Shown here piece after piece: positions 11,965 to 18,983 of a DNA stretch of 32,000 nt. A program made the position numbers and the translations under genes. The notes below the pieces were generated by a model, which worked only from the letters and a program-made list of their open reading frames with translations, did not search any database and had not been told where the DNA came from. Numbering within the stretch: the stretch's first letter is position 1; every line of letters begins with the position of its first letter. The DNA comes from Vibrio alginolyticus NBRC 15630 = ATCC 17749. Its GTDB lineage: Bacteria; Pseudomonadota; Gammaproteobacteria; Enterobacterales; Vibrionaceae. The stretch is taken from positions 210,001 through 242,000 of the forward strand of contig NC_022349.1 in NCBI RefSeq assembly GCF_000354175.2, in the 5' to 3' direction.

Positions 11965-13347
11965 ATGTTAAAGATATATAACACACTCACAAGACAGAAA
12001 GAGGAATTCAAACCAATTACAGCTGGCAAAGTCGGTATGTATGTCTGTGGAGTTACCATCTACGATCTCTGTCACATTGGTCACGGTCGTACTTTCGTCT
12101 CTTTTGACGTTGTATCACGTTACCTTCGCTACTTGGGCTATGATCTGACGTTTGTACGTAACATCACAGATATCGACGATAAGATCATCAAACGTGCCGC
12201 AGAAAATGGTGAGTCTTGCGATTCATTGACTGAGCGTTTGATTGGTGAAATGCACGCTGATTTTGATGCTCTGAACATGAAACGTCCGGACGTTGAACCT
12301 CGTGCGACACAGTTTATTGCTGAAATCATCGAATTGGTTGAGAAGCTAATCGAGCGCGGTTTTGCATACGTTGCAGATAACGGTGACGTAATGTTTGAAG
12401 TGGGTAAGTTCAACGAATACGGCAAGCTTTCTAAGCAAGACCTTGATCAGCTTCAAGCTGGCGCGCGCGTTGATATCGAAACAGCAAAACGCAGCCCTCT
12501 AGACTTTGTACTTTGGAAGATGTCTAAGCCGGGTGAACCAACGTGGGAGTCACCATGGGGTCCTGGTCGTCCAGGTTGGCACATTGAGTGTTCAGCAATG
12601 AACTCTTCAATCCTAGGTAACCACTTCGACATTCACGGCGGCGGTTCTGACCTTCAGTTCCCACACCATGAAAATGAAATCGCGCAATCATGCTGTGCAC
12701 ACGATTCACAATACGTGAACACATGGATGCACAGCGGCATGGTAATGGTAGACCGTGAGAAGATGTCTAAATCTCTAGGTAACTTCTTTACTATCCGTGA
12801 CGTTCTTGGTCACTACGATGCTGAAACAGTGCGTTACTTCCTAATGTCTGGTCACTACCGTAGCCAGTTAAACTACAGCGAAGATAACCTAAACCAAGCA
12901 CGTGCTTCGCTTGAGCGCCTGTACACATCTCTACGTGGTTTAGACCTAAACGCGGCGCCTGCTGGTGGTGAAGAATACGTATCTCGCTTCACTGCAGCGA
13001 TGAACGATGACTTCAACACACCAGAAGCGTACTCAGTTCTGTTCGACATGGCGCGCGAAGTTAACCGCCTGAAGACAGAAAACCTAGAGAAAGCGAGCGA
13101 ACTCGGTGCGCTAATGCGTGAACTAGCTGACGTGATCGGTATTCTTCACCAAGATCCTGAAGCCTTCCTAAAAGGTGATGCGGGTAACGATGATGAAGTG
13201 GCTGAAATCGAAGCTCTGATCAAGCTGCGTAACGACTCTCGTGCTGCGAAAGATTGGGCGAATGCAGATATGGCTCGTGACAAGCTGACCGAAATGGGCA
13301 TTGTTCTGGAAGATGGTCCAGAAGGTACAACGTGGCGTCGTAAGTAA
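11965..13347 (+). CDS. cysS: cysteine--tRNA ligase
   Basis: 460 aa class I aaRS with the HIGH-type motif CHIGHGR and KMSKS. Divergent from ppiB, as in E. coli. Confidence 0.97.
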   Translation: MLKIYNTLTRQKEEFKPITAGKVGMYVCGVTIYDLCHIGHGRTFVSFDVVSRYLRYLGYDLTFVRNITDIDDKIIKRAAENGESCDSLTERLIGEMHADFDALNMKRPDVEPRATQFIAEIIELVEKLIERGFAYVADNGDVMFEVGKFNEYGKLSKQDLDQLQAGARVDIETAKRSPLDFVLWKMSKPGEPTWESPWGPGRPGWHIECSAMNSSILGNHFDIHGGGSDLQFPHHENEIAQSCCAHDSQYVNTWMHSGMVMVDREKMSKSLGNFFTIRDVLGHYDAETVRYFLMSGHYRSQLNYSEDNLNQARASLERLYTSLRGLDLNAAPAGGEEYVSRFTAAMNDDFNTPEAYSVLFDMAREVNRLKTENLEKASELGALMRELADVIGILHQDPEAFLKGDAGNDDEVAEIEALIKLRNDSRAAKDWANADMARDKLTEMGIVLEDGPEGTTWRRK

Positions 13348-13363
13348 TTGAATTTTCATTTTT

Positions 13364-13393
13364 AAAGGGCTGATAATTCAGCCCTTTTATTTT
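13364..13393 (+). terminator. cysS terminator
   Basis: Stem gggctga(13367-13373)/tcagccc(13378-13384) extended by A/T pairs, followed by ttttatttt. Confidence 0.75.
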
Positions 13394-13434
13394 CCATTTC
13401 CATAAATTAAAACTTTAACTTTAGGTAATGCTCT

Positions 13435-14013
13435 GTGGCTCAGATGTATTTCTATTACTCAGCAATGAATGCGGGTAAATCAACAACGCTTCTTCAATCC
13501 TCTTTCAACTATCAAGAACGCGGCATGACGCCAGTTATTTTTACGGCTGCGCTAGATGATCGTTTTGGTGTCGGTAAAGTGAGCTCTCGTATTGGTCTTC
13601 AATCTGACGCACATTTATTTCGTCAGGATACCAATTTGTATCAGGAGATCGCAGCTCTGAATGAGGTTGAAAAACGTCACTGTATTCTTGTTGATGAGTG
13701 TCAGTTCTTGTCGAAAGAACAAGTTTATCAACTTACTGAAGTCGTTGATAAGTTGCATATTCCAGTATTGTGTTACGGCCTTCGCACCGATTTTCTAGGC
13801 GAACTTTTTGAAGGCAGTAAGTATCTATTATCTTGGGCAGACAAGCTGGTTGAGCTCAAAACAATCTGCCATTGCGGCCGCAAAGCGAATATGGTTATTC
13901 GTACCGATGAACACGGCGTGGCAATTAAAGAAGGCGATCAAGTTGCGATCGGCGGTAACGATAAGTATGTCTCCGTATGCCGCCAACATTACAAAGAAGC
14001 GCTCGGTAAATAA
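13435..14013 (+). CDS. tdk: thymidine kinase
   Basis: 192 aa. Begins [30 protein letters not shown], matching the E. coli Tdk N-terminus ([17 protein letters not shown]..). GTG start. C-terminal zinc-ribbon Cys residues (CHCG...CRQH). Confidence 0.95.
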   Translation: MAQMYFYYSAMNAGKSTTLLQSSFNYQERGMTPVIFTAALDDRFGVGKVSSRIGLQSDAHLFRQDTNLYQEIAALNEVEKRHCILVDECQFLSKEQVYQLTEVVDKLHIPVLCYGLRTDFLGELFEGSKYLLSWADKLVELKTICHCGRKANMVIRTDEHGVAIKEGDQVAIGGNDKYVSVCRQHYKEALGK

Positions 14014-14028
14014 GCCGTATTGATACAT

Positions 14029-14055
14029 AAAAGCCACCGAACTTGGTGGCTTTTT
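14029..14055. terminator. bidirectional terminator between tdk and the ydcF-like gene
   Basis: aaaagccacc gaactt ggtggcttttt: a 6-7 bp GC stem flanked by an A-run and a T-run, between convergent genes. Confidence 0.75.
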
Positions 14056-14073
14056 GTTGTCGGTTAGAAAAAG

Positions 14074-14712
14074 TTAGACTAAGTCAAAACCAAATCGCTC
14101 GAGTAAAACCTGGTAAGAAGATTCGACTTGCTGAGGGATGTTCTGCTCGGTTTGAAATCCTTTCTCTGGATAGCTTTTTACGCGAGAGAAATCTTCCATT
14201 AGTGCTTCTAGCACCATCATTAATGGCATGTCTTCATTAATGTATTCAAAAAATGGAAGAGCCGCAGAGCTTACTTGGAGCTGAGTGTAGGGTGACTGCC
14301 ACTGTTTTTCAAATGTCGCGATTGCTCTACGCTCCATAAACGGTTTTTGTACCAGAATAAACGAGGAACATTGTTTTCCTTCCTCTTTTAATCGTTGCTC
14401 AGTAAAGCGGACGTTTTCTCCGCTGTTTGTGGATTTAGTCTCGAGCAAAATTGCTTTGCTTGGAACGCCCGACAACTTTGCAATCTCGGCAAAGGTTTCT
14501 GCTTCGCTTTTTTCAAACAGTCCATCTGTGAAGCGACCTTCACCCCCTGAAAATACAATCAAAGGTGCCAACTTTTGGTGGTAGAGCTTGGCAGCGTGCT
14601 CCGCTACACGCACATCATTACTGCACATCACAAACAAACAGTCCGCAGGCTTCAGTTCATGTTTAAGTTGCATGTAATCCCAAAGCGTTTCTATATGTCT
14701 ATAGAGTCTCAT
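14074..14712 (-). CDS. YdcF-like DUF218 protein
   Basis: 212 aa. The blocks FSGGEG, STNSGENVRF and VQKPFMERRAIATF parallel E. coli YdcF (STNCGENARF, VQDPTMQRRTMATF). 4-nt overlap with the upstream gene. Confidence 0.8.
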   Translation of the reverse strand: MRLYRHIETLWDYMQLKHELKPADCLFVMCSNDVRVAEHAAKLYHQKLAPLIVFSGGEGRFTDGLFEKSEAETFAEIAKLSGVPSKAILLETKSTNSGENVRFTEQRLKEEGKQCSSFILVQKPFMERRAIATFEKQWQSPYTQLQVSSAALPFFEYINEDMPLMMVLEALMEDFSRVKSYPEKGFQTEQNIPQQVESSYQVLLERFGFDLV

Positions 14713-15536
14713 AGCGCATCCAAAGTTGAATTGAAGTGAAATCGATAACCAAGTGAGAGTAGTTTGTCAGCAAGAATACGCTTGTCAGCTTGCTCTGTGA
14801 CGGGTGGAAGAGGTATCTCACTTCCGATTTTGTTTATGGCAGCTTGGTAGAACTCAGCCTTGCTGACAGTATGAGGTGTCGTAACATTAATGACTTGGTT
14901 GCTTAAGTTGCCTAAGGCAAATTTCGCAGCCGAGACAGCATCATCTTGATGAAGCATATTAGCTGGTGCTTTACGACTAACTTGTTGAAGCCTTGCTGCA
15001 AAGCGAGATGGGTGTCTATCTGGCCCGATTAATCCGCTACAACGTAGAATAACAAAGCTAATATTCGAGTCGATAACATGCTGCTCTGCTTGAAGCATAA
15101 TACGTGCATTGTCAGAGAAATAAGGGCTTTCGGCTGCTAAAGAGATTGACGCGTCAGCTTCTTCCATATCGGAAGCAAGGTTAGGGTAAACCGTTGTAGA
15201 GCTGATCATGAGAAGTTTTTCAACGTTGTTTTGCTTAGCTGCGTTGGCAAGTATTTGCCATTGCTGTGCATATTCTTGACCGCGTCCTTTACGAAATCCT
15301 GGAGGAAAAGCACCGATAACGTGCGTAATTTGATGCTGTTTGAGCAGCTCATCTAGCCGTGCTGTGGCGTTCAATTGATTGAAATCGAACAATGCGGAGT
15401 GAGTTAATGAGGTGGGTAACTCTTTTAATCGAGTTTGGCTACGACGAGTGACAACAACATAGTGTCCATCTTTCATCAATGTTTCTGCTAGCGGAGTTCC
15501 GAGCCAGCCTGCACCTACGATCAATGTATTTGCCAT
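14709..15536 (-). CDS. YeeZ-like NAD(P)-binding Rossmann-fold protein (atypical SDR/epimerase family)
   Basis: 275 aa. N-terminal IVGAGWLGTPLA dinucleotide-binding motif. LRCSGLIGPDRHPSRF parallels E. coli YeeZ LRLAGLVGPGRHPGRF. Confidence 0.8.
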   Translation of the reverse strand: MANTLIVGAGWLGTPLAETLMKDGHYVVVTRRSQTRLKELPTSLTHSALFDFNQLNATARLDELLKQHQITHVIGAFPPGFRKGRGQEYAQQWQILANAAKQNNVEKLLMISSTTVYPNLASDMEEADASISLAAESPYFSDNARIMLQAEQHVIDSNISFVILRCSGLIGPDRHPSRFAARLQQVSRKAPANMLHQDDAVSAAKFALGNLSNQVINVTTPHTVSKAEFYQAAINKIGSEIPLPPVTEQADKRILADKLLSLGYRFHFNSTLDAL

Positions 15537-15554
15537 TTGGGTCTTCCTACTTAC

Positions 15555-16433
15555 TTATGTCTGCCCGAATAGGTTGAGCAGTTCTGCTTTGGCTTGTTGA
15601 TGGAGGGGATCTGAATGCCATTTCTGGTGCTGAATAAGGTCAACATTGACTTGCCAAGCCAGTTTTGTGAAATCATCCCCAACTTTTTTTAATGTATTAG
15701 GTGAATACGCGACTAAATGCTGTGGTAGAAAGCACCAACCAAACCCTTTATTCGCCAATTCCAACAAAATATAGTAGTTATCAGCGTACCAGATATCTGG
15801 GCTAAATGCTTGATTGAGACCACATGGCTCTGCACTTTTGGATCGTATGACCAATTGACGATGTTGTTTTAGTTGATCAATGTGAGTGATTTGCTGCTTT
15901 GCTAAAGGATGTGTTGAAGAGACATAGACATCAAATGCAATATTGCCAAGATTGGTGAAATCGATGTGCCTTGGCATTTGTAAATCACTCAAAATAATCC
16001 CAGTCGTGGCGCGTTCCGACTTAACCAATTCAATGATATCAGGGCTTGATGCCGTTAAGCATTCAACTTGTAAGTGTGGAAAGCGTTGCTCTAACTTCTT
16101 TAGCACATCCGGCAAGCGAGTCAGAGGAATCCCTTCATCAATAGCTAAGACTAATTTGTTCGTTGGCGTGGAAAAGAGCTGCGATGCCCTATTGTTTAGG
16201 CGGTCGAGTTGGCTGATTGTTGCTTGTGCATAAGGTACGAGCGCGAGGCCATTCTCAGTTAATTTAGGGTACCTGCCTGATCGATCAAAAAGCTCAACGC
16301 CACAGTCGATCTCCATATTCATGATGTGCTGGCTCACTACAGATTGAGCTCGCCCCAGTTTTCTAGCTGCTCCTGAAAATGATCCTGCTTCTGATGTAGC
16401 AATAAAAGCTTGCAGTTGTTCGATGGTAAACAT
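15555..16433 (-). CDS. LysR-family transcriptional regulator
   Basis: 292 aa. N-terminal wHTH (GSFSGAARKLGRAQSVVSQHIMNME..LF.R) plus a LysR substrate-binding domain. Divergent from the PACE gene and 18 nt upstream of the yeeZ-like gene. Confidence 0.9.
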   Translation of the reverse strand: MFTIEQLQAFIATSEAGSFSGAARKLGRAQSVVSQHIMNMEIDCGVELFDRSGRYPKLTENGLALVPYAQATISQLDRLNNRASQLFSTPTNKLVLAIDEGIPLTRLPDVLKKLEQRFPHLQVECLTASSPDIIELVKSERATTGIILSDLQMPRHIDFTNLGNIAFDVYVSSTHPLAKQQITHIDQLKQHRQLVIRSKSAEPCGLNQAFSPDIWYADNYYILLELANKGFGWCFLPQHLVAYSPNTLKKVGDDFTKLAWQVNVDLIQHQKWHSDPLHQQAKAELLNLFGQT

Positions 16434-16464
16434 ATCGCTTAAACCGATGGTATCTAACTTTTGG

Positions 16465-16483
16465 TTATCTAAATAATAGATAA
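16465..16483. promoter_or_regulatory. candidate LysR-type operator (T-N11-A-containing palindrome)
   Basis: ttatcta-aataa-tagataa: perfect 7-bp inverted arms containing ATC-N9-GAT. An additional direct TATCTA copy lies at 16451-16456. Located in the 89-bp LysR/PACE divergent spacer. Confidence 0.45.
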
Positions 16484-16522
16484 AATTCTAAGCATTGAGT
16501 AGAACTATTTGGACAGAGAAAT

Positions 16523-16969
16523 ATGACTCGTAACGAACGAATTTTTCATGCAGTACTTTTTGAGTTAATCGCACTCGCGATTATTGTACCAGCGGCTTCA
16601 TTGATCACTGGAAAGGGCTCTAGTGATCTTGCGTTGGTTGGGGTCGGGTTGAGCATGTATACCGTGATATGGAACTACATCTACAACTTGTACTTTGATA
16701 AGTGGTTTGGTGGCAATCGAGCTGAGCGAAGTTTAGCGATGCGGCTTGGACACACTGTTGGTTTCGAGGGAGGATTGATCTTTATCTCTCTACCTGTGAT
16801 TGCCTGGTTCTTAGAAATTACGCTTCTTCAAGCTCTGATGCTGGAAGCCGGCTTCCTCGTTTTCTTCCTATTTTATGCTACTGGTTTTAACTGGTTGTAT
16901 GACAAGGTTCAACCATTTAGCAAAATGAAAAAGCGATTATTGCCGCAGGCATCGACAGGAAAAATATAG
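16523..16969 (+). CDS. PACE-family (AceI-like, tandem 'bacterial transmembrane pair' domains) efflux protein
   Basis: 148 aa with 4 predicted TM segments. Internal duplication is visible: RIFHAVLFE...WNYIYNLYFDKWF in the first half and RLGHTVGFE...FNWLYDKV in the second. The membrane-embedded Glu in the first helix is typical of AceI homologues, and the divergent LysR partner mirrors aceR/aceI. Confidence 0.8.
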   Translation: MTRNERIFHAVLFELIALAIIVPAASLITGKGSSDLALVGVGLSMYTVIWNYIYNLYFDKWFGGNRAERSLAMRLGHTVGFEGGLIFISLPVIAWFLEITLLQALMLEAGFLVFFLFYATGFNWLYDKVQPFSKMKKRLLPQASTGKI

Positions 16970-16973
16970 GACT

Positions 16974-17005
16974 AAAAAACGCCACCGAGTTCGGTGGCGT
17001 TTTTT
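16974..17005. terminator. bidirectional terminator
   Basis: aaaaaacgccaccga gt tcggtggcgtttttt: an 8-9 bp GC-rich stem flanked by A6 and T6, between convergent genes. Confidence 0.85.
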
Positions 17006-17012
17006 GTTCAAA

Positions 17013-17246
17013 TTACACAGACAAAACTCTTAAAATCTTATCTGCATGTTCTGCAACTTCAATGCCTTCGTCTGTTAGATAACCACCGTCAGGCTGTGTA
17101 CAAAGTTGCTTCTCATATAGACGAGCAACGGCTGCCTGCATTTCTTCTGACGCGTCTGTATGAACTTTAATACCAGTTGCAGCACTACTTAGGTCGAACT
17201 GAAGAAGTAGATTCAATTCGGCGATATGTTCAGCTGAATATTTCAT
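17013..17246 (-). CDS. small conserved hypothetical protein (77 aa, acidic)
   Basis: Clean ORF ending at the bidirectional terminator. The sequence MKYSAEHIAELNLLLQFDL...GGYLTDEGIEVAEHADKIL resembles, by recollection only, a small gammaproteobacterial family (TIGR02647-type). I could not verify this. Confidence 0.6.
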   Translation of the reverse strand: MKYSAEHIAELNLLLQFDLSSAATGIKVHTDASEEMQAAVARLYEKQLCTQPDGGYLTDEGIEVAEHADKILRVLSV

Positions 17247-17380
17247 AAATGATTCCTTTGCGCTTTTTTTACCAAGCTAGTCTGAAAAGTAGCGTTGGGC
17301 AACATTCAACGACAAGAAGTGTTAAGTATGGCGCTATCAGGCTGATATAACGCAGGATCTTTGTTCGAAAGGCCGAATAC

Positions 17381-17394
17381 TTGTTAAGTATCAA
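17381..17394. promoter_or_regulatory. FNR/CRP-family-like half-palindrome upstream of focA
   Basis: TTGTTaagtATCAA against the FNR consensus TTGAT-N4-ATCAA, with one mismatch. It lies about 150 bp upstream of the focA ATG, and focA is FNR-activated in E. coli. It overlaps a 17-bp perfect palindrome (17386-17402). Confidence 0.3.
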
Positions 17395-17545
17395 TGATAC
17401 TTACGGTAGCGAATGATAGGCGCTATTTATTGCTTGATCTCCCAATAACAACGATTTTAGTAAACACGCCAAATAGAACTTGAAAAAATAGGGAAATAGA
17501 GCGATTATCCGCGCCTCTTTAAATGTTTCTAAATGTTACACCAGA

Positions 17546-18406
17546 ATGAACTTTAATCAGTTTGACTCACTATTACCGCCACAAGCTGCGGAACGCGCGG
17601 CTGAAGTGGGGGTAGGCAAAGCAACGAAAGCTCCAATCAAATCTTTTCTGCTCGCCATTTCTGCGGGGCTTCATATTGGTATTGCTTTCATCTTCTATAC
17701 CACAGTAACGACAGGCGCAGGCGAGCTGCCTTGGGGCATTACACGACTCATTGGTGGTCTGGCATTTAGCCTTGGTTTGATTTTGGTGGTGGTTACTGGC
17801 GGCGAGCTTTTCACTAGCTCTGTGCTAACACTAGTTGCGCGTGCGAGTGGAAAAATCTCTTGGCAAGCACTTATCAAAAACTGGTTGGTGGTTTACTTTG
17901 GCAATATGGTTGGGGCCATTTTGCTCGTGGCCTGTATGCTAGTTACCAAGCAATATATGTTTGATCATGGCCAAGTTGGTCTTAACGCGATGGCGATCTC
18001 CCAACACAAATTACATCATGGTTTCTTTGCTGCTGTTGCGCTTGGCATTATGTGTAACGTATTAGTTTGTATTGCAGTTTGGATGACGTTTAGTGGGCGA
18101 ACATTGACAGATAAAATAGCGGTCATGATTTTGCCTGTGGCTATGTTCGTGTCGGCAGGTTTTGAGCACTGTATTGCGAACATGTTCCAAGTACCTATGG
18201 CGATTGGTATTAAGTACTTTGCGCCAGAAGCGTTTTGGCAAATGACAGGGGCAGATATTGCAAACTACGCGGACTTAAACATGATGGGGTTCATCGTAAA
18301 CAACCTAATTCCTGTTACGATAGGAAACATTATTGGTGGTGGCGTATTTGTTGGCATGTGGTATTGGATGATTTATCTACGCGATGAAGATAACCATTTG
18401 CGATAA
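17546..18406 (+). CDS. focA: formate channel, formate/nitrite transporter family
   Basis: 286 aa, colinear with E. coli FocA. Shared blocks include LPVAMFVSAGFEHCIANMF and NLIPVTIGNIIGGG. Confidence 0.92.
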   Translation: MNFNQFDSLLPPQAAERAAEVGVGKATKAPIKSFLLAISAGLHIGIAFIFYTTVTTGAGELPWGITRLIGGLAFSLGLILVVVTGGELFTSSVLTLVARASGKISWQALIKNWLVVYFGNMVGAILLVACMLVTKQYMFDHGQVGLNAMAISQHKLHHGFFAAVALGIMCNVLVCIAVWMTFSGRTLTDKIAVMILPVAMFVSAGFEHCIANMFQVPMAIGIKYFAPEAFWQMTGADIANYADLNMMGFIVNNLIPVTIGNIIGGGVFVGMWYWMIYLRDEDNHLR

Positions 18407-18422
18407 GTTTAGAAGATCACAA

Positions 18423-18459
18423 GAAAGGCGAACCAGATGGTTCGCCTTTCTTTTTATTT
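18423..18459 (+). terminator. focA terminator
   Basis: Perfect 12-bp stem gaaaggcgaacc(18423-18434)/ggttcgcctttc(18439-18450), 4-nt loop, then tttttattt. Confidence 0.9.
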
Positions 18460-18491
18460 GTCTCTGCAAATGTCAAATAAGTCGAGTCATG

Positions 18492-18629
18492 CTAAATCAA
18501 CTCTTCGTTGATGCCAAAATCGGTTGGGAGCCAATGAGAAGTTACTTCCTTTGGTTCTTGAACGAGCCAATCCAGAGGTGCATCGGACAGGAGTTCATCG
18601 TAATTTTCTTTGATCATTAAGACATCCAT
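18492..18629 (-). CDS. hypothetical 45-aa acidic small ORF (MDVLMIKENYDELLSDAPLDWLVQEPKEVTSHWLPTDFGINEELI); could be a gene remnant
   Basis: The only stop-free stretch in an otherwise stop-riddled 525-bp spacer. GGAGAG lies 6 nt upstream of the ATG. It is below the ORF-track cut-off, and I recognised no homology. Confidence 0.25.
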   Translation of the reverse strand: MDVLMIKENYDELLSDAPLDWLVQEPKEVTSHWLPTDFGINEELI

Positions 18630-18689
18630 GTACGTCTCTCCAAGTTTGTGGTCACTGCCTTTACTATAAAATTAGAACATGTCAGTCAC

Positions 18690-18720
18690 GTGATCAATGC
18701 ATGACGATTCGATTGATCAC
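18690..18720. repeat. perfect 9-bp inverted repeat gtgatcaat-N13-attgatcac (each arm carries a GATC)
   Basis: Read directly from the sequence. Located in the non-coding spacer between convergent genes. Confidence 0.6.
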
Positions 18721-18761
18721 TTATGTTGCTATGTTTCTGGTTGCGTATGGGTTTTGGGGGC

Positions 18762-18784
18762 TTATCCACATTTTCTGTGGATAA
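18762..18784. promoter_or_regulatory. two perfect consensus DnaA boxes in inverted orientation (TTATCCACA-ttttc-TGTGGATAA)
   Basis: Both 9-mers match the DnaA-box consensus TTATNCACA exactly. The sequence match is certain; the function is unknown. Confidence 0.4.
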
Positions 18785-18983
18785 CCTGTATCAAAGGTCG
18801 TGCGTATCTAAACTTGCAAAGAAAATTTCATAAAATTAGAGGCTTATATCAAAAAGAATTCTGCCTGACTTTTCATCTGAAAGCGTCTTGATGAGTGCTC
18901 GAAGAATAGTTGAGTTATTCAGTTATAAGTACGTTCGACTTGGCACCATAAGTTGTTTAACGGGCTTTACCCACAAGCGCCAA

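Noticed and set aside
14029-17005. Two bidirectional terminators share a GCCACCGA..(T)(T/C)GGTGGC core (14033-14050 and 16981-16998)
   Set aside because: The similarity is about 8+6 nt of GC-rich stem, which could arise by convergence of terminator hairpins. Two copies are insufficient to call a repeat family.
18690-18784. Idea that the GATC repeat plus DnaA boxes is the Vibrio crtS / RctB-binding site
   Set aside because: I cannot recall the crtS consensus well enough to match it. As I remember it, crtS in V. cholerae lies in a different gene neighbourhood. I keep it only as a remote possibility under the findings.
18941-18957. Sigma-54 promoter-like TGGCAC-cataag-TTGT
   Set aside because: The spacer is 6 nt, not 5, and the essential -12 GC is missing (TTGT rather than TTGC). 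It also points into the 3' end of the convergent fetB-like gene, so there is nothing to transcribe.
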